A stretch of DNA of 64,000 nucleotides from the human T2T-CHM13v2.0 reference genome, Homo sapiens, in the NCBI RefSeq assembly GCF_009914755.1, contig NC_060925.1; one strand, written 5' to 3'. Under the pieces are notes generated by a model that searched no databases, had not been told where the DNA came from, and worked only from the letters and a program-made list of their open reading frames with translations. Numbering within the stretch: the stretch's first letter is position 1; every line of letters starts with the position of its first letter. A program made the translations under genes and the position numbers. Positions 1-14,084 of this stretch are shown piece after piece.

Positions 1-1541
1 AATTAAAAGAACTAGAGAAGCAAGAGCAAACAAATTCAATTCAAAAGCTAGCAGAAGACAAGAAATAACTAAGATCAGACCAAAACTGGCAAGACAATCC
101 TAAGCAAAAAGAACAAAGCTGGAGGCATCATACCACCTGACTTCAAACTATACTACAAGGCTATAGTAACCAAAACAGCATGATACTAGTACTAAAACAG
201 ATATATAGGCCAATGGAACAGAATAGAGGCCTCAGAAATAATACCACACATCTACAACCATCTGATCTTTGACAAACCTGACAAAAACAAGCAATGGGGA
301 AAGGATTTCCTATTTAATAAATGGTGTTGGGAAAACTGGCTAGCCACATGCAGAAAACTGAAACTGAACCCCTTCCCTACACCTTATACAAAAGTTAACT
401 CAAGATTAATTAAATATTTAAATGTAAGACCTAAAACCATAAAAACCCAAGAAGAAAACCGAGGCAATACCATTCAGGACATAGGCATGGGCAAAGACTT
501 CATGACTAAAATACCAAAAGCAATTGCAACAAATACCAAAATTGACAAATGGGATCTAATTAAACTAAAGAACTTCTGCACAGCAAAAGAAACTATCATC
601 AGAGTGAACAGGCAACCTACAGAATGGGAGAACATTTTTGCAATCTATCCATCTGACAAAGGGCTAATATCCAGAATCTACAAGGAACTTAAACAAATTT
701 ACAAGAAAAAACAAACAACCCCATCAAAAAGTGACAAAGGATACGAAGAGACACTTCTCAAAAGAAGACATTTATGTGGCCAGCAAACATACGAAAAAAA
801 GCTCATCACCACTGGACATTAGAGAAATGCAAATCAAAACCACAATGAGATACCATCTCATGCCAGTTAGAATGGTGATCGCTAAAAAGTCAGGAAACAA
901 CAGATGCTGGAGAGGATGTGGAGAAATAGGAATGCTTTTGGACTGTTGGTGGGAGTGTAAATTAGTTCAACCATTGTGGAAGACAGTATGGCAATTCCTC
1001 AAGGATCTGGAACTAGAAATGTCATTTGACCCAGCAATCCCATTACTGGGTATATACCCAAAGGATTATAAATCATTCTACTATAAAGACACATGCACAC
1101 GTACATTTATTGCAGCACCATTCACAATAGCAGATGTGAAACCAACCCAAATGCCCATCAATGATAGACTGGATAAAGAAAATATGGCACATATACACCA
1201 TGGAATACTATGCAGCCATTAAAAAGGATAAGTTCATGTCCTTTCCAGGGATATGGATGAAGCTGAAAACCATCATTCTCAGCAAACTAACACAGAAAAA
1301 GAAAACCAAACACCGCATGTTCTCACTCATAAGCAGGAGTTGAACAGTGAGAACATATGGGCACAGGGAGGGGAATATCACACACCGGGACCTGTTGAGG
1401 GGTTGGGGGTGATGGGAGGGATAGCATTAAGAGAAATACCTAATGTAGATGACGGGTTGATGTGTGCAGCAAAACACCATGGCACATGTATACCTATGTA
1501 ACAAACCTGCAGGTTCTGCACATGTATCCCAGAACTTAAAG

Positions 1542-1544
<3 letters not shown>
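1..1544 (+). mobile_element. LINE-1 3' part (L1PA7/8-like), 5' side beyond window, with internal deletion
   Basis: ORF2 C-terminal peptides ([28 protein letters not shown]; [10 protein letters not shown]). The L1PA-type 3'UTR ends ...catgtatcccagaacttaaagta. There is a jump in ORF2 near base 88. Confidence 0.92.
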
Positions 1545-1640
<96 letters not shown>

Positions 1641-1641
1641 A
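1542..1641. repeat. (TA)n(TG)n microsatellite at the L1 poly(A) tail position
   Basis: Directly visible dinucleotide runs. Confidence 0.97.
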
Positions 1642-3500
1642 TAACCCTCCAAAAGACTCCTAGATTTGATAAATGACTTCAGTAAGGTTTTAGGATACAA
1701 AATCAATGTACAAAAATCACCAGCATTTCTATACATCAATAACAATCAAGCTGAGAAGCAAATCAAGAACTCAATCCATTTACAATGGCTACAAAAATAC
1801 CTAGGAATACATTTAACCAAGGTGAAAGATCTCTATAATGAAAACTATAAAACAATGATGAAAGAAATTGTAGATGACAGAAAGAAATTCAAAAGTATCC
1901 CAGGCTCATGGACTGGAAGAATCAATATAATTAAAATGACCGTACTGCCCAAAGCAATCTGTAATGCAATTCCTATAAATTACCGATATCATTTTTCACA
2001 GAATTAGAAAAGAAATCCTAAAACTCATATGGCACCCCATAAAAGCCTGAATAGCTAAAGCAATTCTAAGCAAAAGGCAAAAAGCTGGAGGCATCATATT
2101 ACCTGACTTCAAGGATATAGTAACTGAAACAGCACGGTACTGATATAAAAATAGACACACAGATCAATGGAACAGAACAGAGAACTCAGAAATAAAGCCA
2201 CATACCTAGAAGCAACTGATTTTTTACAAAGTCAACAAAAATATACACTGGGGAAATGGCATCCTATTCAATAAACGGTGCTGGGAAAATTAGATAGCCA
2301 CATGCAGAAGAATGGAGGAAGGCCCATATCTCTCACCACATACAAAAGTTAACTCAAGATGTGTTAAAGACTTAAAAGTAAGACCTGAAACTGCAAAAAT
2401 CCTAGAAGAAAACCCACAAAAAACTCTTCTGGATATTGGCCTAGGCAAACCACTTATGACTAAGACCTCAAAAGCAAATGCAACAAAACAAAAAATAGAC
2501 AAATGAGACTTAATTAAACTGAAAAGATTCTGCACAGCAAAAGAAAAAATTGACGGAGTAAACAGACAACCTACAGAATGGGAGAAAATATTTTCAAACA
2601 ATGCATCCAACAAAGGACTAATTTTCAGAATCTACAAGGAACTCAAACAGTTCAACAAGAAAAAAACAACCCCATCAAAAGTGGGCAAAGACATGAACAG
2701 ACATTTTTAAAAAGAAGATATACAAGTGGCTAAAAAACATACAGAAAATGCTCAACATCACTAGTAAGATGAGAAATGCAAATTAAAACCACTATGAGAT
2801 ACCATCTTACACCAGTCAGAATGGTTATTATTAAAAAGACAAAAAAGAACAGATGTTGACGTGGGTGTGGAGAAAAGGGAATGCTTATACACTGTTGGTG
2901 GGAATGTAAATTAGTACAACCTTTGTGGAAAACAGTATGAAGATTCCTCAAGGAGCTAAAAATAGAACTACCATTCTATCCAGCAGTCTCACTACTGGGT
3001 ATCTACCCAAGGAAAATAAATAATTTTATAAAAAAGACAACTGCACTTGTACGTTTATCACTACACTATTCAGAATAACAAAGTCTTGGAATCAACCTAA
3101 GTGTCCGTCAGTAATGACTGGATATATACCATGAAATACTGTGTAGCTGTAAAATGAATGAAATGGTGTCTTTTGCAGCAACATGGATGAAACTGGAGGT
3201 CACTGTCCTAAACGAAATAACTCAGAAACAGAAAGTCAAATACCTCACGTTCTCACTTATAAATGGGAGCTAAACAATGCGTTCACATGGACATACAGAG
3301 TGGAATAATAGACATTGGTCCCTCCAAAATGTGGGAGGGTGGGAGGAAGGTGAGGGGTGAAAATTTATCTACTGGGCACAATGTGCACTATTTGGGTTAT
3401 GGGTATGCTAAAAGCCTAGACTTTACCACTACACAGTATATTCATGTAACAAAAGTGCACTTCTACCCTCTAAATCTATAAAATAAAAATTAAAATGAAA
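1642..3500 (+). mobile_element. Older LINE-1 3' part (L1PB-like)
   Basis: Degenerate ORF2 peptides ([17 protein letters not shown]; KYLGIHLTK) and a distinct 3'UTR ending ...ccctctaaatctataaaataaaa. Confidence 0.88.
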
Positions 3501-4065
3501 GAAATGAATTAAGGATCAGAAACTTGCTTTGCATCGCATGGTTGGTGAGTGATGATGACACCAGGAATCAGATCCAGGACTTCCCAGCTCCATAGCCCAT
3601 GCTTTTTACACTTACATTGCAAAGCCCACTTCAACCAAATTTCTCTGATTCCTCACATCCTCTTCTCGCACAATTTATACCCCAAAATAAGCCAACCTTT
3701 CCTGGATGAACTCTTAGCCATGGCTTCCTCAGGCTAAAGTTTTGAAGCATGGCAGGTTAGCAGAGCCAAAAGATAGTTGGGTTTTGCTTTAAGTGTTTTC
3801 TCAAGTTGTTAAAACTGGCTCTCAAATTGGTATCTTTAATTAGTAACTGAATTTACTAATATTGTATAAGGTTTGTGAATTCAGAGTGAGTAGAACATTG
3901 CCTTTTCTTTGCTTATTTGCCTTATTATAGAATTTCCAAAGTTTATCTTGGTCATAACTCCTGACTTGGGGCCTTCAAGTGATATTAGGCCCCTGAGAGT
4001 AATTCTCCTTTGAATCCAGAGCCTTCTGATCTTATGAAAAAGGAGATGTTTGTCTTTCCCTAGAC

Positions 4066-4207
4066 TTTTTTTTTTTTTTTTTTTTTGAGATGGAGTCTCA
4101 CTCTGTCGCCCAGGTTGGAGAGCAGTGGCTCCAGCTTGGCTCACTGCAGCCTCTGCCTCTTGGGTTCAAGTGATTCTTGTGCCTCAGCCTCCCGAGTAGC
4201 TGAGATT
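4066..4207 (-). mobile_element. 5'-truncated Alu (right-arm part)
   Basis: Poly-T followed by gagatggagtctcactctgtcgcccagg...cctcccgagtagctg. ctagactt occurs on both sides (TSD-like). Confidence 0.9.
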
Positions 4208-4740
4208 TCTCTAGACTTCTTGTGTCTTTCTTGTGGTAGAAGCAGGAAAAAAAAAAGAATTAAAATTGTTACAGCATATGAAAAAAAATCTCAGGACTAG
4301 GTTCCCTAGAATTTGGAAACTTTTGTTTATGATTTTTTTCTTCTTTTTTTGGGAAACATTTCTGGTTTCTCTCATCAGGAAGTTTGTTTATATATACAAT
4401 AGTTAGTTGCATGGGTAGTAGGTTGTGTTTAGCAATGTCCCTGAGTGTGGCTCACCAAGGGGTTGGCATTTGGTTTAGCTTTTGCAGGTGAGGTGTTCTT
4501 AGGAACTTTGATATTGATTGAAGATTTGGAGGTGATCAGAGGTGAGTTCATTGCAGCAAAGAATATTGTCGCATAGGTTAGTTTACTCTCTTTTTTCTTC
4601 TTATATGTGTGTGTTTCTTTATTTTTAGCCTGTTCTTGCTATGTGATTATTTATTATGATTCCTGCTGCCTAGCATCAATTCTTCTCTATTTTCCAATCC
4701 TCATTCTCCAGCCTTTTATTATTTCTGTTAACCCCAATAA

Positions 4741-5003
<263 letters not shown>

Positions 5004-5550
5004 TTTATATGTTATTTTTATATCAGGCCATCTCACTAAACACTCCGTTTCAATGCTTGTCCTGAATTTTGAATGTTAATTCTAATAGTTTTCTCCATTG
5101 ATTACCCTGCCTCAGAATTTCTGGCTATTCAGATTATCTGCAAACAATCTATAAGTAAGAGAAAATTTTTGTCTCTTATTTTCTTAAATTTGTGCCTCTT
5201 GCTTCTTGCTCTTGTATTGAGTAAGACATCCAGAAAAATACTGAATAGAGGAGTGACAGAATGAGATTTGCTGTAGTTTTTAGTTTTGGATACATATAAG
5301 GCTTACTTATATTTCTAGATTACTAAGCATTTTTAAAAGAAGTCAGTGTTGAATTTTATGGAATGTCTTTTCAGCAACAATTAAGTTGATCATGGTTTTT
5401 CTCTTTTCCTAGGTTAAACCATCCTAACATTTCAGTGTTGATAGTAGTGGTAATCATAGCATTGATACTTGACGTTTATCAAGTGTTATTATGCCATTCA
5501 GTATTCTTAGTTCTTTATGCTCAACTTAGCATCATAACTCTTTTACAACA

Positions 5551-7325
5551 TGTTTGGATGTCGCTCTTCTGGCCAGAAGCCTCTGTGGCCCATGGCACCT
5601 TTGCCCAATTTTTGCTTGGGCCGCTGGGCTCATTCTGCCCACTTGATCTGGCAGGCTGCACTTGGCTCATGTTACCCAGCTGGATCCTATGCCTGCCAAG
5701 GGTGAGCCAGGCATGGAGTGGTGAGGAGTGTGTGAGAGAGTGTGAGGTCCAGCCACTGTGCAGTCAGACATGCCAGCTGCTGCTGTGGGGCAGGCAGCTC
5801 CAAGTGCCAGCATGGGTGCCAGCTCTCTGCAAGGCTGTGGCAGGTCCAGGTGCATGGCAAGCAGCTTCCTCAGCTGGCACTGGGGAATGCAGTAGTGCCT
5901 GAAAGCTTGGAGATGCCAGGCACCACAGGACCACAAAGAGGGAGTAACAGCTTTGGCTCAGGGAGCTCCCAGGTCTGGGATCCCCAAGGGGTTGCAGCTC
6001 TTCTCTCCTTCTCTTTGCCCACAATGTGGCAAGCAAGGGACATGTTTCTGCCCTGTTTGTGTTACAGCTGTTAGTTCTGCCATTTGGTCAGTCCTGAGGT
6101 CTTGTCCTGCAACCAGGAAGAATGAGGTAGACAGAGAAGTGGAGGGTGAGTAAGATGAAGAAAATGTTTATTGAACAATGGAAGAGCTCACAGGACACCT
6201 GCAGGGGGTAGCTCCTTTCTGCAGCTGGGGTGTCCCAACGAGTGTTCAGCTCCTAGCACAGGAGACCCTGGAGTGGGAAGCTCCTCTCTGCAGGCAGGTC
6301 ATCCTGTCATCTCTGCAGCTCTCAGCAGACAGAAGGCCCTGGAGTGGGTTTCTTCTTCCTGCAGGCAGGCCTTCTGGTAGTCTCCTGGGGTAGCTCCTTT
6401 CTGCAGCTGGTCTGCCCATCCTCTGCTCAGCTCTGGCTGAGCCCAGGGCTTTTATGGGCCTCAGAGGGGAGGAAGTGCCTGCCAGTTGGCCCATGGGTGG
6501 CCATGAGTGGCCAGGAAAAGGCACCACAAGTTTCCACTCCAGTCTGTGGGACTGGCAGCCCAGCCCTCAGCCTTCAGGCCCTTACTGGCCTGAATGTGGG
6601 GCCTCACCAGGGGCCCACCCCTTCCACCATCTTCTGTCTGCCTCCTGCCACCATTCATGGCTTCTGGGCTCATAGCAAATTTGCTTTGAGATCAGAGCCA
6701 GTGCTGACAGCAGGGAGAAGCCAGGCAGCAGGAGCAGCCACTTCTGAGCCTGCAAGGGCAGGGGTGCCTTCCTGGGCACCCAAGAGTACGGGGATGCCTG
6801 AGTCTGCAGCTGCAGTTTGTGTGGCTGCAGCTGCACAGAAGTGGGGAGGGGGGCAGGGCTCCTGCCTGCTCCATGAAGGGGGAGACCTCTGTGAAGTATA
6901 GCCATGGTTTGGGTGGCTGCAGCTTTACCTGAGAGTTCAGGGAGGCTGAGATCTGCAGCCATAACTTGGGGGACTGCAGCCACAACTTGAGCAGCTGCAG
7001 CCCAGCCCAGAAAGGCAGGGCTTCTGCCTCCTCCATGGAGTAGGAAGCCCAGGTCTGCAGTGTGCTTTGGGTGGCTTTGAGTGGCTACAGCTGTGCCCAG
7101 TAGGGCAGAGATCCTGCCTGCTCCATGGAGCAGGAGGCCATGTCTGCAGCCCTTGTTTGGGGGGCTGCAACAGCACCTGGGGAGCTCCTGCCCAACTCGG
7201 AAGGGGTGAGGTTCTCATTTGTCCCCTGCTCCCTCAGGCTCCATGGCACATGCAGCCCCAGCGGCACCTCCCTGCTGCAGTCCAAGTGATGGCAAAGGCA
7301 GGCCGTCTGGAGCACCGCTACTACT
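5551..7325 (-). mobile_element. ERV1-class solo LTR, MER52-like (~1.77 kb), apparently inserted in a MIR
   Basis: GC-rich ctgcagc-repeat LTR with termini resembling the recalled MER52 consensus (ggccagaagcctctgtggcc; tgatggcaaaggcaggccgtctggagc). MIR-like sequence lies on both flanks. Confidence 0.7.
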
Positions 7326-7506
7326 GTATTATTACCATGTCAATTTATGAATGAAGAAAATGAGGTACTGAAAAATGTAAAAACTTGTCTCTAAGTTAGC
7401 CACTTTTTGGCCATGACATTATTATTCATTTAGAACCCTGCTGATTTTAATTTTCCTGATTTAATTTTCTTCAGAAATTTTACAACTATATTCATAAGTG
7501 AAATTA

Positions 7507-7884
<378 letters not shown>

Positions 7885-8099
7885 TTATGTTTTTCTCAAA
7901 GCATTAGTTTGGAAATGTTCTTCCTTTTTCTGTGCTCTGCTGTTTCCCATTTCATTTTCTAAATTAGTTTGTATTATATTTAATAATAGCAACCATTTAC
8001 TGAGCACTTACTTGGGTTAGGCACTATGTAAAACCCTTAACATACATTAGGCTATTTGTTCATCACAATTGAAAAACATATACTTTTTTATTTATAAGA

Positions 8100-8457
8100 T
8101 GTATTAGTTCTTTCTCATGCTGCTATAGGGAACTGCCCAAGACTAGGTAATTTATAAAGAAAAGAGGTTTAACTGACTCACAGTTCCACATGGCTAGGAA
8201 GGCCTCAGGAAACTTACAATCATGGTGGAAGGCACCTCTTCACAGGGTGGCAGGAGAGAGAATGAGCGCAAGCAAGGGAAATGCCGGGTGCTTAAAAAAC
8301 CATCAGATCTCGTGAGACTCACTCATCATTATGAGAAAAGCATAGGGGAAACTGCCCCTATGATCCAATTACCTCCACCTGGTCCTGCCCTTGACAAGTA
8401 GGGATTATTACAATTCAAGGTGAGATGTGGGTGGGGACACACAGCCAAACCATATTA
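8100..8457 (-). mobile_element. MaLR solo LTR (THE1/MST type) inserted in a MIR
   Basis: tgtattagt...caaaccatatta termini, with 5-bp TSD TAAGA at 8095-8099 and 8458-8462. Confidence 0.92.
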
Positions 8458-8560
8458 TAAGATTTTTTTTAAGTTTATTTGTCCAAGGTTACACAGCTAA
8501 TATGGGTAGATAAGGGTATGAATCTAGGCTATCTCACTCTAGAGCTGGGTATATTCTTAA

Positions 8561-8969
<409 letters not shown>

Positions 8970-9100
8970 AAACAAGTGTTAAATGACCAATATGGAAAAA
9001 GGCCTTGCAACCACTAGTGCCTTAATTGACTGGTTATGTGGTAGGAAGGGGGGGAATCCTGACTGATTTAGAGTCAGACAATGTGTATCTCTCTCTCTAA

Positions 9101-9430
<330 letters not shown>

Positions 9431-9454
9431 TCTGAATTACAATATTCACCTCTT

Positions 9455-9757
9455 TTGCTGCTGTGTCTGTCCCACAGACCCTGCCCGATGGATGAAATGA
9501 GTACTCAGACACAGGTATGCAGTGTAAGAGCAGCTAAGTGACTGCCTGGCTCTAGTGGCCAGAGAGCAGCCCTGAGAAGCTGGAACTGCTTGCTTTTATT
9601 CAGTGCAGGCACAGTGTGGAAAACCTGGAGCCCACACAACCTGTAGGTAATTAACATTTGTAGTTCCCCTTCCAGGGTGTGTTATGCACATGGATAATCA
9701 AAAATCAGTTCCTTGTCAACATTAGTAAACAAGCATGTTTAAGATAAATTCCCCCAC
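9455..9757 (-). mobile_element. Short ERV solo LTR (LTR18-like)
   Basis: Minus strand starts TGTGGGGGAATTTATC and has an AATAAA (ttttattcag on +). It resembles the recalled LTR18 consensus. Confidence 0.6.
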
Positions 9758-9762
9758 ACTCT

Positions 9763-10199
9763 CTAATGGTGTGAAGTAGTATCTCATGGTGTTTTTGATT
9801 TGCATTTTACTGGAGGCTAATGGTGTTGAGCATCTTTTCGTGTGCTTGCTGGACATCTGCATATCTTCTTTGGAACAATGTCTATTCAGATCTTTGCCTA
9901 CTTTTTCATTTGTTTATTTGTCTCCTTATTGAGTTGTAAGTGTTCTTTGTATATTGTAGATATAAGTTTCTTATCAGATATATAATTTGCAAGTATTTTC
10001 TCCCATTCTATGGGTTTTTTGCTTTCTTGATGGTGTCCTTTGCAGCGTAAAAGTTTTAATTTTGATGAAATCCAATTTGTCTATTTTGTTTGTTTGTTTT
10101 TGCTTGTACTTTTGGGTCAGATTTAACAAATTATTGCCTAATCTGAGGCCATGAAGATTTACCCTTTATTTTCTTCTAAGAGCTTTATTTTATGTCATT

Positions 10200-10264
<65 letters not shown>

Positions 10265-10518
10265 TTTTTTTTTTTTTTTTTTTTTTGAGACAGTTTCCCG
10301 CTGCCACCCAGGCTGGAATGCAGTGGCATGAACACAACTCATTGCAGCCTTGACTTCCAGGGCTCAAGCAATCTGCCCTCCTCAGGCCCCCAGCTAGCTG
10401 GGACTACAGGTGCATGCCACCACATCCAGCTACCTAAGAGCTTTCTATTTTTAGCTTTTACATTGAGATCTTTGATCCATTTTGAGGTAATTCTCATATA
10501 TTATGTGAGGTGGGAGTC
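9763..10518 (-). mobile_element. Old L1M fragment (host of the MaLR stack), containing a truncated Alu and (TG)n
   Basis: L1 ORF2 3' antisense motifs. The Alu arm at about 10265-10432 and the (TG)n lie between copies of ctaagagcttt. Confidence 0.85.
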
Positions 10519-10824
10519 TGTATTAGTCAGTTCTCACATTGCTATGAAGAACTACCTGAGACTGGGTAATTTATAAAGAAAAGAGGTTTAATTGGCTCAT
10601 GGTTCCATGGGCTGTACTGGAAGCATGGGTGGGGGAGGCCTCAAGAAACTTACAATCATGGCGGAAGGTGGAGTGGAAGGAGGAACATATTACATAGCCA
10701 GAACAGGAGGAAAAGAGCAAAGGTGGAAGTGCTAAGCATGTTTAAACAACCCGATCTCATGAGAACTCACTATCATGAGAACAGTAAGGGGGAAATCTGC
10801 CCCCATGATCCAATCACCTCCCAG

Positions 10825-12556
10825 TGTGTCCAGAATTGGTGGGTTCTTGGTCTCACTGACTTCAAGAATGAAGCCGTGGACACTCGCGGTGAGTGTTACA
10901 GTTCTTAAAGGCGGCGTGTCCAGAGTTTGTTCCTTTTGATGTGTGGATGTGTTTGGAGTTTCTTCCTTCTGGTGGGTTCGTGTTCTCGCTGGCTCAGGAG
11001 TGAAGCTGCAGGCCTTTGTGGTGAGTGTTACAGCTCTTAAGGCGGCGCGTCTGGAGTTGTTTTTTCCTCCCGGTGGGTTCGTAGTCTCAATGGCTTCAGG
11101 AGTGAAGCTGCAGACCTTCGCAGTGAGTGTTACAGCTCATAAAGGCAGTGTGGACCCAAAGAGTGAGCAGCAGCAAGATTTATATCAAAGAGTGAAAGAA
11201 CAAAGTTTCCACAGTGTGGAAGGGGACTGGAGCTGGTTGCCACTGCTGGCTGGCACAGCCTGCTTTTATTCTCTTATCTGGCCCCACCCACATCCTGCTG
11301 ATTGGTCCATTTTACAGAGAGCCAATTGGTATGTTTTACAGAGAGCTGATTGGTCCGTTTTGACAGGGTGCTGATTGGTGCGTTTACAATCCCTGAGCTA
11401 GACACAAAAGTTCTCCGTGTCCCCACTAGATTAGCTAGATACAGAGTGTCAAATGGTGTATTTACAAACCCTGAGCTAGACACAGAGTGCTGATTGGTGC
11501 ATTTACAAACCTTGAGCTAGATACAGAGCGCCAATTGGTGCATTCACAATCCCTTAGCTAGACATAAAGTTTCTCCAAGTCCCCACCAGATTAACTAGAT
11601 ACAGAGTGCAGACTGGTGCATTCACAAACCCTGAGCTAGACACAGGGTGCTGATTGGTGTGTTTACAAACCTTGAGCCCTTGAGCTAGATACAGAGTGCT
11701 GATTGATGTATTTACAATCCCTTAGCTAGACATAAAGGTTCTCCAAGTTCCCACTAGACTCAGGATCCCAGCTGGCTTCACCCAGTGGATCTCGCACCAG
11801 GGCCGCAGGTGGAGCTGCCTGCTAGTCCCACGCGGTGCGCCCGCACTCCTCAGCCGTTGGGTGGTAGATGAGACCAGGTGCCATGGAGTGGGGGGCAGTG
11901 CTCGTCGGGGAGGCTTAGGCCACACAGGAGCCCACGGGGGAGGGAGGGGGGCAGAGGGGTGGTGAGGGGCGGGGGGCAGGGGGTGGTGGGGGGTAGGGGG
12001 GCGGTGGGAGGTGGTGGGGGGGCGGGGGGGTGGTGGGTGGTGGGGAATGGGGGGGTGTGGGGGTGGTGGGGGGCGGGGGCGTGGATGGGGGGTGGGAGAC
12101 TCAGGCATGGCGGGCTGCAGGTCCCGAGCCCTGCCCTGTGGGGAGGCAGCTAAGGCCTGGTGAGAAATCCATCGCAGCGCTGTGGGCCAGCACTGCTGGG
12201 GGAGCCGGCGCACCATCGGCAGCTGCTTGCCCAGGTGCTAAGCCCCTCACTGCCTGGGCCAGCAGGGCCGGCCAGCCACTCTGAGTGTGAGGCCGCCAAG
12301 CCCACGCCCACCCGGAACTCCAGCTGGCCCGCAAGTGCTGCGCGCAGCCCCAGTTCCTGCCCGTGTCTCTCCCTCCACACCTCCCTGCAAGCCGAGGGTG
12401 CCGGCTCTGGCCTTGGCCAGCCCAGAGAAGGGCTCCCACGGTGCAGCAGTGGGCTGAAGGGCTCCTCAAGCATGGCCAGAATGGGCACTGAGGCCGAGGA
12501 GGCACCGAGAGTGAGCTTTGGGGCTGCAAGGGCTGCCAGCACGCTGTCACCTCCCA
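10825..12556 (-). mobile_element. LTR12 (ERV9) solo LTR
   Basis: Termini tgtgtccagaattggtgggttcttgg ... gccagcacgctgtcacctccca. Tandem gctgattgg/agctagatacagag repeats at about 11290-11730. 4-bp TSD CCAG. Confidence 0.95.
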
Positions 12557-13722
12557 CCAGCAGGCCCCTCCTCCAGTACTGGGAATTACAATTTGACATG
12601 AGAGTTCAGCAGGGACACAAATCCAAAGCATATCATTCTGCCTGCGGCCTCTACTAAATCACATGTCCTTCTCACACCGCAGAATCCAATCATCCCTTCT
12701 CAACAGTCCCCCACATTTTAACTCATTTCAGCATTAACTCAAAAGTCCACAGTCCAAAGTCTCATCTGAGACAAGGTAAATCCCTTCCACTGATGAGCCT
12801 GTAAAGTCAAAAACAAGTTAGTTGCTTCCAAGATACAACAGGGGTACAGGTATTGCATAAATAAACCTGTTTAAAAAGGGAGAAATCAGACAAAACAAAG
12901 GGTCTACAGGCCCCATGCGAGTCCAAAACCCAGAAGGGCACTCATCACATCTTAAACCTGCCAAATAATCTCCTCTGACTTGATGTCACACATCCAGGCC
13001 ACAATGATACAAAGGGTGTGCTCCCAAGGCCTTGGGAAGCTCTGCCCCTGTGGCTCTGCAGGATACAGCCCCCCTCAGCTGTTTTTACAGGCTGGCATTG
13101 AGTGCCTGCAGCTTTTCCAGGTGCACAGTGCAAGGTGTCACTGGATCTACCATTCTGGGATCTGGAGGATGGTGGTCCTTTTCTCACGGGGCAGTGCCCT
13201 AGTGGGGACTGTGTGGGGGCTCCAATCCCACATTTCTTCTCTGCACTGCCCTAGTAGAGGCTCTCCATGAGCACACCACCCCTGCAGCAGACTTCTGCCT
13301 GGACCTCCAGGCATTTCTATACATCCTCTGAAATCTAGGTGAAAGCTCCCAAGCCTCAACTCTTGCCCTCTGTGCACCCACAAATTTCTTACCATGTGGT
13401 AGCTGTCAAGGCTTGTGCCTTGCACCTTCTGGAGCAGTGGCCTGAGACATATCTGGGACCCTTTTAGCTATGGCTGGAGCTGGAGCAGATGAGACATAGG
13501 GAGCAGCATCCTGAGGTTGCACAGGGTAGTGGGGCTCTGGGTCCAGCCCATAAAACCATTCTTCCCTCCCAGGCCTCTGGGCCTGTGATGGGAGGAGCTG
13601 CTGCAAAGGTCTCTGAAATGTCTTTATGGCATTTTCCCCATTGTCTTGGCTATTAACATTTGGCTCCTCTTTACTTATGCAAATTTCTGCAGCCTGGCTT
13701 TAATTCCTCCCTAGAAAATGGG

Positions 13723-14084
13723 TGATATGGTTTGGCTGTGTCCTCACCCAAATCTCATCGTGAATTGTAGCTTCCATAATTCCCTCATGTTGTGGGAGGG
13801 ACCCAGTGGGAGATAATTGAATCATGGTGGCAGTTTCACCCACAGTGTTCTCGTGGTAGTGAACAGGTCTCATGAGATCTGATGGTTTTATAAGGGGAAA
13901 CCCCTTTCACTTGGCTCTCATTCTCTTCTCTTGTCTGCTGCCATGTGAGATGTGCCTTTTGCCATCTGCCATGATTGTGAGACCTCCCCAGCCATGTGGA
14001 ACTGAGTCAATTAAACCTCTTTCTTTTGTAAATTGTCCAGTCTTGGGTATGTCTTTATCAGCAGCATGAAAAAGAACTAATACA
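13723..14084 (+). mobile_element. THE1-type solo LTR inserted into the MaLR internal region
   Basis: tgatatggtttggctgtg...aactaataca, 362 bp, TSD atggg/atgga. Confidence 0.92.

Noticed and set aside
5435-7354. Dense overlapping ORFs of up to 185 aa
   Set aside because: They lie in a GC-rich LTR, occur on both strands and show no recognisable domain.
11290-11730. Tandem ~40-bp repeats with CCAAT motifs
   Set aside because: They are a known intrinsic feature of the LTR12/ERV9 U3 enhancer.
11722-12657. Pro-rich and Gly-rich ORFs
   Set aside because: These are translations of the LTR12 G-tract and GC-rich region.
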